DNA of 64,000 nucleotides from Pseudomonadota bacterium (GTDB taxonomy: Bacteria; Campylobacterota; Campylobacteria; Campylobacterales; Sulfurospirillaceae): assembly GCA_017860615.1 (NCBI GenBank), contig JAGDMU010000007.1:6534-70533 (forward strand). The letters are read 5' to 3'. Positions 1 through 10,430 of this stretch are shown piece by piece. Positions within the stretch are counted from its first letter, which is position 1; the number at the start of each line of letters is the position of its first letter. Under the pieces are notes generated by a model, which worked only from the letters and a program-made list of their open reading frames with translations, was not told the origin of the DNA and did not search any database. A program made the translations under genes and the position numbers.

Positions 1-377
1 AAAGGAGGTGGAAATCCTTCATGTAACTCCATGGGTGGCGGTGGCGGCGGCGGTGGATCTCTATGAACAAAGTAGAGTTTTTGCTCATACATTAGCATCT
101 CAGAAAAGGGATCTTCCAGAAGCTTCACACCCTCTTTAAGCAAAAGATGTTTATCTTGCGTGCTGATGCGAACGCCTAACTTTGAAAGCATCGCTTCTTG
201 GTCAGCGTCATTATGAAACGTTACTTTCACCGCCATCATAAAACGCTGAAACGTAAAAAACTGAAGATCACTGATTTGTCTTTTGTATTCGATCACAAAC
301 GCAATATTAATCACAACCAATGTCAGTGCAAAAAAGATTGAGATCAGCGTAACGATAGAGAGTTTACGTATTAACAA
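1..377 (-). CDS. Sensor histidine kinase, N-terminal part (runs off the window start)
   Basis: Translated by hand: a TTG at 377 overlaps the response-regulator stop. The reading is MLIRKLSIVTLISIFFALTLVVINIAFVIEY (TM helix) ... HRDPPPPPPPPMELHEGFPPP, open to the window edge. The kinase call rests on the N-terminal TM and its position after an OmpR regulator; catalytic domains are outside the window. Confidence 0.7.
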   Translation of the reverse strand, partial: MLIRKLSIVTLISIFFALTLVVINIAFVIEYKRQISDLQFFTFQRFMMAVKVTFHNDADQEAMLSKLGVRISTQDKHLLLKEGVKLLEDPFSEMLMYEQKLYFVHRDPPPPPPPPMELHEGFPPP

Positions 378-1035
378 ATTTGTATCCAACCCCTCGAACC
401 GAGAGAATAAAACGAGGCTTTTTAGGATCATCCCCGATCTTTTGGCGAATCCTACCCATAATGACATCAATGCTCTTAAGACTGCTTTCGTACTTGATGG
501 AGCCAATATTGAGTAAAAGTTCTTCTCTTGAGATCACAAAACCCTCTTTTTTCAGCATATAAGAGACGATGTCATACTCTGCCATCGTGAGTCTTACTTC
601 ATTTTTACCCCGCGTGATGATATGCCGCTCTTCATCAATTTTAAACGTTTGATAAGGAGCTTCATTCAAAGTTGAACCTCTTCTTAAAATGGCACGAAGT
701 CTGTAAGCGAGTTCTCTTGGGTCATACGGTTTGGGAAGAAAATCATCGGCTCCTCGCTCAAAACCCATCACTTTATCGCCCATATCGGAACGGGCAGAAG
801 AGATAATAATTGGAAGAGTGGGAATCGATTCATGCACAATGCGGCAAATCTCCAAGCCATCAATTTGTGGCAAAGAAAGGTCCAAAACCAGTGCATCAAA
901 ATTTTCATGTTGGAGTGCGGTTAAGCCCTCTAATGGGGTAAATGCGAGTATGGTTTCAATCTCCTCTTTTGCAAGGGAGTCTTGAAGGAGTTGTGCGAGT
1001 TCCACATCATCTTCGATCATTAAAATTTTAATCAT
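364..1035 (-). CDS. OmpR-family response regulator
   Basis: Receiver domain (MIEDD, LVLDLSLP, FLPKPY) plus winged-helix C-terminus (SVRGVGYKF). Confidence 0.95.
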   Translation of the reverse strand: MIKILMIEDDVELAQLLQDSLAKEEIETILAFTPLEGLTALQHENFDALVLDLSLPQIDGLEICRIVHESIPTLPIIISSARSDMGDKVMGFERGADDFLPKPYDPRELAYRLRAILRRGSTLNEAPYQTFKIDEERHIITRGKNEVRLTMAEYDIVSYMLKKEGFVISREELLLNIGSIKYESSLKSIDVIMGRIRQKIGDDPKKPRFILSVRGVGYKFVNT

Positions 1036-1077
1036 ATTTCGATTATAACGAAGATAAAGTAAATGAAAAGTAACACA

Positions 1078-1105
1078 AAACCACGCTTTGCTTAGAGCGT
1101 GGTTT
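1078..1105 (-). terminator. Intrinsic terminator hairpin after the EF-hand gene
   Basis: Inverted repeat aaaccacgct / agcgtggttt followed by a T-run on the minus strand. Confidence 0.7.
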
Positions 1106-1110
1106 GGGAC

Positions 1111-2043
1111 TTAGGCACTGAAGCTAACAGATGTTCCAGAAAGTGTATTCTGTGTTGAATAATTCGAGATGATTTGTGCTAAAAGCGCTTTCATCAACGA
1201 ATCTTCAGTTGTCTGCGTTGCTTCTTCAGACGTACCAATACTCTCCGCTTTCGTGGAGTCTTTATACGCCTGTGCTTCCGTTGAGCTCACTTTACCATCT
1301 TCGTTGGCATCAGCTTCGTCAAAATTCGCAGCCAATGATTCAAAGAGTGAAGCAAGGTTGCTATCCGTTTCTGAGACTTCATCGACCATTGCGAGAAGCT
1401 CTTCTTCCGTATAGCCTTCATCATCTTCCTCTAAACCCGTTGAAGATGATGGCGGTGGTGGTGGGGGCATACCTCCAGCCGCAGATACCGTACTACTTGT
1501 CTCTGTTGCATCGGTTGTCTCTTGTGTAGATTGCTGATAAGCCATCGCTTCAGCAGAAGTCACTTTACCATCTCCATCAGCATCTGCAACATCGAAATTT
1601 TCGACAACAGACGCTAATAAAGAAGCAAGATTACTATCAGTCGATGAAACTTCTTCCGCTATAGCGGTTAGCTCATCTGCTGTATAACCTGTATCTTCTT
1701 CAGTAGATGAAGATGTTGGTGGCGGAGGTGGGGGCATACCTCCCGCTGCCATTCCTGACTCTTCTGTAAATAATGTGCTCAGTTCGTCTTCACTGATCGT
1801 TCCATCTCCATCACTATCCAGTGATGAGAACGCGCTACTAATAGCACTTTCGTCACTAATTGATAATGCCAGAGCTGCACTGCTAAACTCAGTACTGTCA
1901 ACAGAACCACTCGAATCACTATCCATAGAAGTAAGCAACGCTTCTGCGAATTGTGAACTCAACGAACTGCTACTGCTGGTACTGCTGCCATACGTCCCGT
2001 ACGATGACGTTCCGTAGAGAGAATTTGAACTTATCGTCATCAT
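1111..2043 (-). CDS. Acidic Ser/Thr-rich protein with four EF-hand-like loops and a duplicated polyproline repeat
   Basis: Loops DSDSSGSVDSTEF, DSDGDGTISEDEL, DADGDGKVTSAEA, DANEDGKVSSTEA. Start placed at ATG 2043 behind a GGAGGAG RBS rather than at 2115. Confidence 0.8.
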   Translation of the reverse strand: MMTISSNSLYGTSSYGTYGSSTSSSSSLSSQFAEALLTSMDSDSSGSVDSTEFSSAALALSISDESAISSAFSSLDSDGDGTISEDELSTLFTEESGMAAGGMPPPPPPTSSSTEEDTGYTADELTAIAEEVSSTDSNLASLLASVVENFDVADADGDGKVTSAEAMAYQQSTQETTDATETSSTVSAAGGMPPPPPPSSSTGLEEDDEGYTEEELLAMVDEVSETDSNLASLFESLAANFDEADANEDGKVSSTEAQAYKDSTKAESIGTSEEATQTTEDSLMKALLAQIISNYSTQNTLSGTSVSFSA

Positions 2044-2152
2044 CTCCTCCTTTTTTTGGCTTGGGAATTTCCCAGTAGCAATCCTAACGCCAAAGCGGTA
2101 AACAGTGGGTAACAATGAAAAAAATAATGAAAAAACTCACACGAGTGGATTT

Positions 2153-2836
2153 TTATCCAAACCGATACCCCACACCCGAAATAGTAATGAGCAATGTGGG
2201 TCGATTGGGGTCGATTTCAATTTTTTTACGCAGTTGATTCACAAACACTCGCAGTATTTTGGTATCGCTTTGGTAGCCAACACCCCAGACATTTTTTAAG
2301 ATTTGTGCATGGGTTAACGCTTTGCCACTGTTTTGCATGAAAAATTTCAAAAGACTAAATTCGAGTGGGGTGAGATGCAAAGGCACATCTTCTAACCTAA
2401 ATTCACGTTTTTCAAGATCAAGTTCTAAGCCTTCAACTTTTAATAATGGGTTGCTTTCCTTTTTGGCAACATGTCTGAGTGCAGAGTTGATGCGAGCAAC
2501 GAGTTCTCCCGTAAAAAAAGGTTTCACCACATAGTCATCCGCTCCAAGATTGAGTGAATCCACGATCTCTTGTTCGCCATTTCGTGCCGAGACAATAATA
2601 ATGGGAATGTTGCTAAACTCACGAATTTTTCCTACAAAAAGCTTTCCATCGCCATCGGGAAGTCCTAAATCTAACAAAATAAGATCGGGATTAAACTGAA
2701 CCATATGTGATATACCCTCTTTTTGAGTGCCACATACTTTGAGTAAAAAAGCATGCTCTTCAAGGCTCACTTCTAAAAGCTTTTGAATCTGCTTATCATC
2801 CTCTACAATCAAAATTTTATATTTAGGTTGGGACAT
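2153..2836 (-). CDS. kdpE: KdpE response regulator
   Basis: OmpR-type regulator (LLDLGLPDGDG) directly after kdpD in a kdp operon. Confidence 0.9.
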   Translation of the reverse strand: MSQPKYKILIVEDDKQIQKLLEVSLEEHAFLLKVCGTQKEGISHMVQFNPDLILLDLGLPDGDGKLFVGKIREFSNIPIIIVSARNGEQEIVDSLNLGADDYVVKPFFTGELVARINSALRHVAKKESNPLLKVEGLELDLEKREFRLEDVPLHLTPLEFSLLKFFMQNSGKALTHAQILKNVWGVGYQSDTKILRVFVNQLRKKIEIDPNRPTLLITISGVGYRFG

Positions 2837-4272
2837 TATTCCTCCTCGATGGGAACGTTAAACTCAAAGATGACACTGTTTTCCACATTTCTTGCCCAAA
2901 TCGTTCCACCGTGCGCTTCTACAATTTTTTTGCAGATAAAAAGCCCTAAACCACTGCCATTGATGTCATCACTAATGCCTTTGATTCTGAAAAACTTTTC
3001 AAACACCATTTTAAGGTCTTCCTCACTGATGTGACTGTCTTCATTTAAAACAAAGATGTTACACCTTGCACCCTCTTTTTGAAACCCTAACGTAATGGCA
3101 CTTCCATGTTGTGAGTATTTAATCGCATTTTCCAAAAGATTGACAACCACGCGTTCTATCAAAACGCAATCCGCTTTAAAAATGCCCGATTCTTCTTCAA
3201 TTTTAATGCTAAAATTGCGCTCTTTTAAAATATCTTCAAACTCCCTCGCCGCTTGCGAGAAGATGTCTGCAATGTCGCACCAATCTTTTTTAAGAACCAC
3301 TTTATGGCTTTCAAACCGTGCCGAATCGAGCAAATTGTTCATCAGACGTTCCATCTTTTTCGCACTAAAAATCACTTGGGAAATGATAACGCGTTTTTTC
3401 TCATCCAGCCACGTCTCATCCGTCTTAAGCATCGAAACCATGCCTAAAATGGAAGCAAGCGGTGTTCGTAAATCATGCGAAATGGAACCATACAGCGCAT
3501 TTTTAAGCTCTTCACGTGCTAGAGTAATCGCATTTTTACTGTTTTTTTCTGAAAGAGAGATACGCTCAAAAGAGACCGCCATGACACTGGTGACAGAGTC
3601 TAAAAACATCTTAAGTTCTGTTGTCATCTCATCTTGTTTGATTTTAAGCCCAAGTGCGCCATAAACGACTTCTCGGCTTTGAATGGGAATATAGAGCATA
3701 TCCGAAGCTAAAAAGGTATCCGTACCTGCCCCTGCTATTTTACCATTGTCCAAACACCAATCAAGGACTGCTTTTTCACTCGAAGAGATAAAAATAGCCT
3801 CTAATTTTTCAAACATCGCATCATACTTTTTGCTCGAAAGTGGGCTTTTAGGATCATAATGCGCATAGAGTTTTGGCATCTCATCCACATGCTTGCGCAA
3901 GAAAAAGAAGGTCTCTTTGCCAAGTGATTCAGCGATTAAGGGCATCGCTATTTTAATCACCTGCTTCATCTCTGAAACAGCCGTCACCCTACGACTCAGT
4001 TTATACAGTCTCCTCACCCTCTTCTCTCGTTCGCGTATCACTTCGCCAATGAGTTTCAGCTTTTTCGCTTGCGATGAGATCAGATAAGCAACGATGAAAA
4101 AGATGAAAAAACTCCACAGATGCGAGATGTCACTTACGACAAAGGTATAAACGGGAGGCACAAAAAAGTAGTTAAAAAGTCCGACACCGACAAAGGTAAT
4201 CACCATCGAGGTTTTCATATCGCCTCTGGAAGCAACGATCAGCACAGGAATGAGAATAAGCAGTGCTGCCAT
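2836..4272 (-). CDS. kdpD: KdpD C-terminal half (three TM helices, GAF-like region, histidine kinase)
   Basis: H-box SISHDLRTPL, N-box NLLENAIKY, GSGLGL; starts at what corresponds to TM2 of KdpD. Confidence 0.85.
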   Translation of the reverse strand: MAALLILIPVLIVASRGDMKTSMVITFVGVGLFNYFFVPPVYTFVVSDISHLWSFFIFFIVAYLISSQAKKLKLIGEVIREREKRVRRLYKLSRRVTAVSEMKQVIKIAMPLIAESLGKETFFFLRKHVDEMPKLYAHYDPKSPLSSKKYDAMFEKLEAIFISSSEKAVLDWCLDNGKIAGAGTDTFLASDMLYIPIQSREVVYGALGLKIKQDEMTTELKMFLDSVTSVMAVSFERISLSEKNSKNAITLAREELKNALYGSISHDLRTPLASILGMVSMLKTDETWLDEKKRVIISQVIFSAKKMERLMNNLLDSARFESHKVVLKKDWCDIADIFSQAAREFEDILKERNFSIKIEEESGIFKADCVLIERVVVNLLENAIKYSQHGSAITLGFQKEGARCNIFVLNEDSHISEEDLKMVFEKFFRIKGISDDINGSGLGLFICKKIVEAHGGTIWARNVENSVIFEFNVPIEEE

Positions 4273-5447
4273 AAAGGAGCTTCCTCTTTTGTGTGTTCAT
4301 CAAGGTCATGCTCTTCTAATTTTTGTTCTTGAGTTTTGTTGATATACGAAATAATGCAAAACTCATCGCCTGCATTTAAAAGCTCATCGGCAATATCCAT
4401 ACGCCAGAACTTTCCTAAAAAATTCTTTTTGCGCTTCGCGACAACGATGTGCGTTACAAACCGCGCTCTGGCATGTTTTAAAATCTCTTCGCCAACATCT
4501 TGCCCTGAGACGGTATTTACCTCAGCGCCAAGCTCCTCGGCTAAACGGATATTTTTAGCGAGTTTTTCGCGATTATTGGTTGAGAAATCATCGACGTAAA
4601 GCGCGATCCACTCCGCATTCATCTGCGAAGAGAGCCGTTTGGCATAGCGAATCAAATTGGCAGAAAATTCACTGCCATCAATGCACACCATGACCTTTTC
4701 AACCGCTTCCCAACGCTCTAGTTTATTCTCTTTATACTGATCGTAGACGTCTTTGCTCACGCGTCCTGCGGCTTGTTTGAGCGCAATTTCTCGAAGCGCA
4801 TTGATGTTGCCAAGTTTGAAAAAGTTCATCAGTGCTTTTTCAACGCTTTGCAGTTTGTAGATTTTCCCCTCTTTAAGCCGCTCGACTAATTTTTCAGGAG
4901 GGATGTCGATGATTTGGATTTTATCGACACGTTCTAAAATGCTATCGGGAACGGTTTCAGTAACCTTGACACCCGTAATCTGTAGCACCAAATCGTTAAG
5001 ACTCTCAAGATGTTGAACATTCATCGTGCTGTAAACATCAATGCCATTGTCTAAGATCTCTAAAACATCTTGGTAACGCTTTTGATGCCTTGAGGTGGGA
5101 GCGTTACTGTGAGCCAACTCATCAATGAGCACCACATCAGGTTTGGCTTCCAAAATGGCATCAATATCAAGTTCATACAGACTACTTCCACGGTACACGA
5201 TCTTTTTAGGTGCGATGGAAGGGATGCCTTGGGTTAAACGCTCTGTTTCAGCCCTGCCATGCATCTCAACATAACCGATGCAAACGTGTGTACCACTTTT
5301 AAGCAATTCTTTGGCGTTGCGAAGCATGGTGTAGGTTTTACCCACACCTGCCAAGGCTCCAAAGAAAAGCGTTAGCTCACCTTTTTCGCGTCTATTTTTG
5401 ATCTCTTGAAGAACCAGATCACTCGTTTCTAAGACATCTTCATTCAT
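4239..5447 (-). CDS. kdpD: KdpD N-terminal half (KdpD ATP-binding domain plus Usp domain)
   Basis: GALAGVGKTY, EMHGRAET, LIDELAHSN, STMNVQHLESLND. It ends out of frame, overlapping the C-terminal ORF by 34 nt. Confidence 0.85.
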   Translation of the reverse strand: MNEDVLETSDLVLQEIKNRREKGELTLFFGALAGVGKTYTMLRNAKELLKSGTHVCIGYVEMHGRAETERLTQGIPSIAPKKIVYRGSSLYELDIDAILEAKPDVVLIDELAHSNAPTSRHQKRYQDVLEILDNGIDVYSTMNVQHLESLNDLVLQITGVKVTETVPDSILERVDKIQIIDIPPEKLVERLKEGKIYKLQSVEKALMNFFKLGNINALREIALKQAAGRVSKDVYDQYKENKLERWEAVEKVMVCIDGSEFSANLIRYAKRLSSQMNAEWIALYVDDFSTNNREKLAKNIRLAEELGAEVNTVSGQDVGEEILKHARARFVTHIVVAKRKKNFLGKFWRMDIADELLNAGDEFCIISYINKTQEQKLEEHDLDEHTKEEAPLWQHCLFSFLC

Positions 5448-5448
5448 G

Positions 5449-6027
5449 TTAAGGATTTAAAACTCCAAAGTTTTTATCTAACGCACGGTTTAAAAGAAGG
5501 ACATTCACCCTCTCCTCGCCTATAAAACCCAAAAATTTTCGCTCAATATATTGATTGACAAGTTCTAGCATCTGAACTTCATCCACATGGCGCTCTTTGG
5601 CAATAACCTGAACTTGATAGAGTGCCGCTAATTTCGAGATATGCGGATCAAGCCCACTACCAGATGCCATGACCAAATCACTGGGAATAACACCGTTGCC
5701 AAACCTTACATGTAAAGCTTCTTTACTGGCATCTATTCTATCCAACAAAAGCTTGTTTGTCGGTGCTAAATTGCTCCCACTTGAGGAGAGCGCATCGTAG
5801 CCATCCTCCCCTGCAGCCGAGGGTCGAGCGATAAAATAGCCCTCTTTGGAAAAATTTTGTCCGATAAGCTGGGAGCCTATAACCGTTCCGTTTTCTTCAA
5901 GTAAAAGTCCTGAACTCTGCGTTGGGAAAACCCATGCGCCAACATTGGTAACCACAAGAGGATAGACACCTCCAAGTAAAAATGTCATGACTAAAAGTAA
6001 TTTAATCGATTGAAGTAGTGTTTTCAT
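5449..6027 (-). CDS. kdpC: K+-transporting ATPase subunit C
   Basis: GSQLIGQNF, SGSNLAPTN, SGSGLDPHIS; ATG at 6027 with an AGGA RBS. Confidence 0.95.
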   Translation of the reverse strand: MKTLLQSIKLLLVMTFLLGGVYPLVVTNVGAWVFPTQSSGLLLEENGTVIGSQLIGQNFSKEGYFIARPSAAGEDGYDALSSSGSNLAPTNKLLLDRIDASKEALHVRFGNGVIPSDLVMASGSGLDPHISKLAALYQVQVIAKERHVDEVQMLELVNQYIERKFLGFIGEERVNVLLLNRALDKNFGVLNP

Positions 6028-6037
6028 AGTCTTCCTT

Positions 6038-8080
6038 TTACAAAAGATGCAATGTTGCAAGCAACATATCAAGCAGTTTTATACCCGCAAACGGAACGAT
6101 AATACCGCCAAGTCCATAGATGACCAAGTTTTTTCCCAACACCACATCTGCACTCAAAGCTTTATACCCAACCCCTGAAATCGCCAGAGGAATCAGTGCG
6201 ATGATAATCAACGCATTAAAAATAACCGCCGATAAAATGGCACTCTGCGGCGATGAGAGGTGCATGATGTTCAGCACTTCCATCTGAGGAAACGCCACCA
6301 CAAAAAGAGCGGGGATGATCGCAAAGTACTTGGCAATGTCGTTGGCTAAACTAAAAGTTGTAAGAGCACCTCTCGTCATCAAAAGCTCTTTACCCGTCTC
6401 AACCACTTCAATGAGTTTGGTAGGAGAACTGTCCATATCCACCATATTGGCGGCTTCTTTCGCCGCTTGCGTTCCGCTGTTCATCGCCAGTCCCACATCG
6501 GCTTGGGCAAGAGCAGGGGCATCGTTGGTGCCATCCCCCGTCATCGCCACCGTAAAGCCCTCTTTTTGGTAGTTGCGAATGAGCGCTATTTTGGTATCGG
6601 GCGTTGCTTCGGCGACAAAGTCATCCACGCCTGCTTCTGCGGCAATAGCGGCAGCCGTGATGGGGTTGTCTCCCGTAATCATCACGGTTTTAATACCCAT
6701 ACCTCTAAACTCAGCAAATTTCTCTTTGATGGAAGGTTTGATGATGTCTTTGAGATGAATCACGCCCAACACTTTGCTTCCCTCGCAGACAACCAAAGGC
6801 GTGCCACCTTTTTTACCGATTTGCATACACATATCGTGTGCCTCTTTGGGGAATTTTCCACCCGATGCGGTGACACATTTTTCAATGGCATCCACGGCCC
6901 CTTTGCGGTACTCTTTGCCATCAAGGTCAAGCCCACTCATTCTCGTATAAGCACTAAAAGGGATAAACTGGGCACTTTGGATATTAGCTGGCTCTTTCGC
7001 GCTATAGGTATTTTGCGCAAACGTGACCGTACTTTTTCCCTCTGGGGTGTCATCACTCAGTGATGTTAACAATGCGGCGTAAGCTAGATTATCAAGCTCT
7101 TTGATGTCAATGGGAATAAAAGCACTTGCCATACGGTTGCCAAAGGTAATCGTGCCTGTTTTATCCAGTAACAACACATTGACATCACCCGCAGCCTCTA
7201 TCGCTTTACCGCTCATCGCAAGGACATTCTTTTTAAGCAATCTGTCCATTCCCGCAATACCAATGGCACTTAAAAGCCCACCGATTGTCGTAGGAATCAA
7301 ACAGACCAAAAGCGCAATCAGCGAAACAACGGAGATATCTGCGTTTACATGTAAAGCCATTGGCTTAAGTGTCAGTGTCACCACAATGAAAATAGCGGTT
7401 AAGCCCATCAGCAAAATGGAGAGCGCAATTTCATTCGGACTTTTTTGCCTTTTTGCCCCTTCAATGAGGCTAATCATACGATCCAAAAAGGTCTCGCCCG
7501 GATTTTTCGTGATCTTAATCGTAATTTCATCACTTAAGACAAGCGTTCCACCTGTAACCGAGTTGCGATCCCCTCCTGATTCACGAATCACAGGAGCTGA
7601 TTCGCCTGTAATGGCACTCTCATCAATGCTTGCAATGCCTTTGATGACCTCACCGTCGCTTGGAATCACCTCCCCTGCACTCACGACGACAACATCACCC
7701 ACCCTAAGACTCTCTGAACTCACCTTTCTAAGGGAACCGTCTTCACTTAACTTATTGGCACTGCCGCTTTTTTTACCCGAACGTAACGCACTCGCTTGCG
7801 CTTTGCCTCTACCTTCGGCTAATGCTTCTGCAAAATTGGCAAAGAGTACCGTAAAAAAGAGCCACACAAAGACCCAAAATTCAAATCCAAAAAGAGGAAT
7901 GTTGCCACGACTACTCTCGTAAATCCATATAAAACCTGTGATGAACGTACCCAAATAGACCACAAAAATGATCGGATTTTTAAGCTGTTCTTTGGGAGTT
8001 AATTTTGTAAGACACCCTTTGAGTGCGTCCTTAATAATCGCTTGGTTATAGCTTGAATTAGATTGTTTTTTCATACTCAT
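6038..8080 (-). CDS. kdpB: K+-transporting P-type ATPase subunit B
   Basis: DKTGT phosphorylation site, [16 protein letters not shown]; start may be 8074. Confidence 0.97.
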   Translation of the reverse strand: MSMKKQSNSSYNQAIIKDALKGCLTKLTPKEQLKNPIIFVVYLGTFITGFIWIYESSRGNIPLFGFEFWVFVWLFFTVLFANFAEALAEGRGKAQASALRSGKKSGSANKLSEDGSLRKVSSESLRVGDVVVVSAGEVIPSDGEVIKGIASIDESAITGESAPVIRESGGDRNSVTGGTLVLSDEITIKITKNPGETFLDRMISLIEGAKRQKSPNEIALSILLMGLTAIFIVVTLTLKPMALHVNADISVVSLIALLVCLIPTTIGGLLSAIGIAGMDRLLKKNVLAMSGKAIEAAGDVNVLLLDKTGTITFGNRMASAFIPIDIKELDNLAYAALLTSLSDDTPEGKSTVTFAQNTYSAKEPANIQSAQFIPFSAYTRMSGLDLDGKEYRKGAVDAIEKCVTASGGKFPKEAHDMCMQIGKKGGTPLVVCEGSKVLGVIHLKDIIKPSIKEKFAEFRGMGIKTVMITGDNPITAAAIAAEAGVDDFVAEATPDTKIALIRNYQKEGFTVAMTGDGTNDAPALAQADVGLAMNSGTQAAKEAANMVDMDSSPTKLIEVVETGKELLMTRGALTTFSLANDIAKYFAIIPALFVVAFPQMEVLNIMHLSSPQSAILSAVIFNALIIIALIPLAISGVGYKALSADVVLGKNLVIYGLGGIIVPFAGIKLLDMLLATLHLL

Positions 8081-8083
8081 TCC

Positions 8084-9781
8084 TTAAAAAGAGATGCGTT
8101 CAAGCATCATCAAATGCTCAATCACAGGTCCAAGTGCCAGTGAAGGGAAAAACGTAAGCGCACCTGTTAACACAATGGTTGCCACCAAAAGGGTGATAAA
8201 AAGCGCACTTTGGGTATTAAGCGTTCCTTTGCCAAAAGGAACCACTTTCTTTCGTGCCAAACTTCCCGCAATGGCAAGCATGGGGATAATCACGCCAAAA
8301 CGTCCCACAAACATACAGATAGCCAACGCGTAGTTATAGTAAAGCGTATTGCCACTGAGTCCCGCAAAAGCACTGCCATTGTTTGCACTGGCTGAGCTAA
8401 ACGCGTAAAGAACTTGAGAAAGCCCATGCGGTCCTGGGTTGGAGATGGAGCTCGTGGCATCTGGGATTAAAAGCGATAATCCCGTAAAAAGAAGGATGCA
8501 CAGACCTGGAAGCAACACCGCTATCACGGTATAGGTCATCTCCTTGGCTTCAATCTTTTTGCCCATATACTCAGGTGTACGACCTATCATCAGTCCTGCG
8601 ATAAACACACTCAAAATGACATACGCCATCATGCCGTAAAAGCCTGCTCCCACACCGCCGATGACAATCTCACCGAGCATCATCTGCACCATAGTCACCA
8701 TACCTGCAAGCGGCGTAAGACTGTCGTGCATAGCATTGACCGCACCACACGATGCCGCAGTTGTGGCTACCGAGAAAAGAGAGGTCGAGGCAATGCCAAA
8801 ACGCACCTCTTTGCCTTCCATCGCACTCTCACCTACAATGCCTGAAATTTGAGGATTGCCAAATTTTTCAGAAGCGTAATGAGAACCTAACATCAATACA
8901 AAAAGAACAACCATCGCGATTAAGATAGAACGACCCTCACCGCTTTTTTGGCTCATTTTCCCATAGACGAAGAGAAGGGATACAGGTAAGAAGAGGATAG
9001 AAAAGACCTGTACAAAGTTCGAAAGAGACGTTGGGTTTTCAAAAGGGTGTGCGGAGTTGGCGTTGAAAAAACCTCCGCCATTGGTTCCTAACATCTTAAT
9101 GGCCTCTTGCGAAGCCACAGGTCCCATCGGAATGCTCTGATTGACGCCTTCAAGAGTCACTGCGCTAACATAAGGAGCGAAGTTTTGAATGACCCCTTGT
9201 GAAATTAAAAAGAGCGCAGACACCAAAGAGAGTGGAAGCAAAACATACAGCGTTATACGAACCATATCTGCCCAAAAATTGCCGATGGACTCGCTCTCTT
9301 TAGAGATGATACCTCGCATAAAAGCCACCGCTACGGCAATGCCTGTTGAAGCAGAGAGAAAGTTTTGCACGCTTAAGACAAACATCTGCGAGAAATAACT
9401 CATCGTACTCTCGCCACTGTAATTTTGCCAGTTGGTATTGGTCACAAAACTCACCGCCGTATTGAACGCTAGCTCAAACGGGAGTGCGGGTAAGCCTTGA
9501 GGATTGAGCGGTAAAAGGTGTTGTGATAGAACTACCACCAACACAAGCACGATACCCACGCCGTTAAAGAGCATCAGTGCTAAAGCATACTTTTTCCAGT
9601 TCATCTCCAGTTGTGGATTGATGCCACACAAGCGATAAAGACTATTTTCAACATGTAAAAGAAGTGGTGTAAAAACATTTTTCTCACCCACCAACACTTT
9701 GGTAAAAAACCCACTGTACGCTTTTGCCGCACCGAGGAGCAAGATCAAAAAGCTGATAAAAAGGGTTATATCTGCAACCAT
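8084..9781 (-). CDS. kdpA: K+-transporting ATPase subunit A
   Basis: SFVTNTNWQNYSGE, LGTNGGGFF, SANNGSAFAGL. Confidence 0.97.
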   Translation of the reverse strand: MVADITLFISFLILLLGAAKAYSGFFTKVLVGEKNVFTPLLLHVENSLYRLCGINPQLEMNWKKYALALMLFNGVGIVLVLVVVLSQHLLPLNPQGLPALPFELAFNTAVSFVTNTNWQNYSGESTMSYFSQMFVLSVQNFLSASTGIAVAVAFMRGIISKESESIGNFWADMVRITLYVLLPLSLVSALFLISQGVIQNFAPYVSAVTLEGVNQSIPMGPVASQEAIKMLGTNGGGFFNANSAHPFENPTSLSNFVQVFSILFLPVSLLFVYGKMSQKSGEGRSILIAMVVLFVLMLGSHYASEKFGNPQISGIVGESAMEGKEVRFGIASTSLFSVATTAASCGAVNAMHDSLTPLAGMVTMVQMMLGEIVIGGVGAGFYGMMAYVILSVFIAGLMIGRTPEYMGKKIEAKEMTYTVIAVLLPGLCILLFTGLSLLIPDATSSISNPGPHGLSQVLYAFSSASANNGSAFAGLSGNTLYYNYALAICMFVGRFGVIIPMLAIAGSLARKKVVPFGKGTLNTQSALFITLLVATIVLTGALTFFPSLALGPVIEHLMMLERISF

Positions 9782-9912
9782 TGTTTTCCTTTATTAGACT
9801 TTTTTCAATGGGTTATGAAAGAAGTCTATTGGTTATTTAGGAAAATTATAGAGCAGATAAAAATGGGAAAATATCTTGATTTGGGGTTAAAAGATAAGGA
9901 TTTTGTTAGGAT

Positions 9913-9945
9913 GTAAAAAAGGAAATCTTACGACTTCCTTTTTAC
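9913..9945. terminator. Terminator-like hairpin downstream of the yjiG-like gene
   Basis: gtaaaaaaggaa ... ttcctttttac inverted repeat. Confidence 0.55.
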
Positions 9946-9953
9946 GTATTTAC

Positions 9954-10430
9954 TTACACAAAAAAGCGCATAACAAGCATACCAATACAACTGTTGATAA
10001 TACTCACAAGCATCAAAAAAGGCCAGTATTTTTTAGGAACATCGGCAACACCTAAGAGTCGTCCCATATACTGAATTTGAGAAGCCATCAAAAAGAGTGC
10101 TGGCATCAAAATAGTAATATGGGTTGTGGTTAAAAGCCCTTTTGCAAAAAGGCTTACCGCGATACCCACGCCCGCAGAACACGACAACCATGTCGTCATC
10201 AAGACCGTTACGGCTTCACCAGGTAAACCAAAGAATCCCATCACAGGACCAAAAGCAACACCAATGAGTTTCATCGCACCCGTGATATTTAAAATTTCAG
10301 CAATGACATACGCCATAAGCACATTTGGCAGAAGGTTATTTGTCGCAATAAAAAACCCTTTTCGAGCGCCGATAACAAAAATATCAAATGGATTATTGGT
10401 AGTAGGAGGTGTAGTATTATGCATTGACAA
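9954..10430 (-). CDS. YjiG/SpmB-like membrane protein (nucleoside-recognition gate fold)
   Basis: NPFDIFVIGARKGF, FGLPGEA, SQIQYMGRLLG; paired with the upstream YjiH-like gene. Confidence 0.8.
   Translation of the reverse strand: MSMHNTTPPTTNNPFDIFVIGARKGFFIATNNLLPNVLMAYVIAEILNITGAMKLIGVAFGPVMGFFGLPGEAVTVLMTTWLSCSAGVGIAVSLFAKGLLTTTHITILMPALFLMASQIQYMGRLLGVADVPKKYWPFLMLVSIINSCIGMLVMRFFV

Noticed and set aside
6315-7922. Long antisense ORFs over kdpB (and similar ones over moeA, nifS, fliI, tig)
   Set aside because: Shadow frames of well-conserved genes with no motifs or RBS.
9782-9953. kdpF upstream of kdpA
   Set aside because: No short hydrophobic ORF with an RBS could be read on the minus strand.
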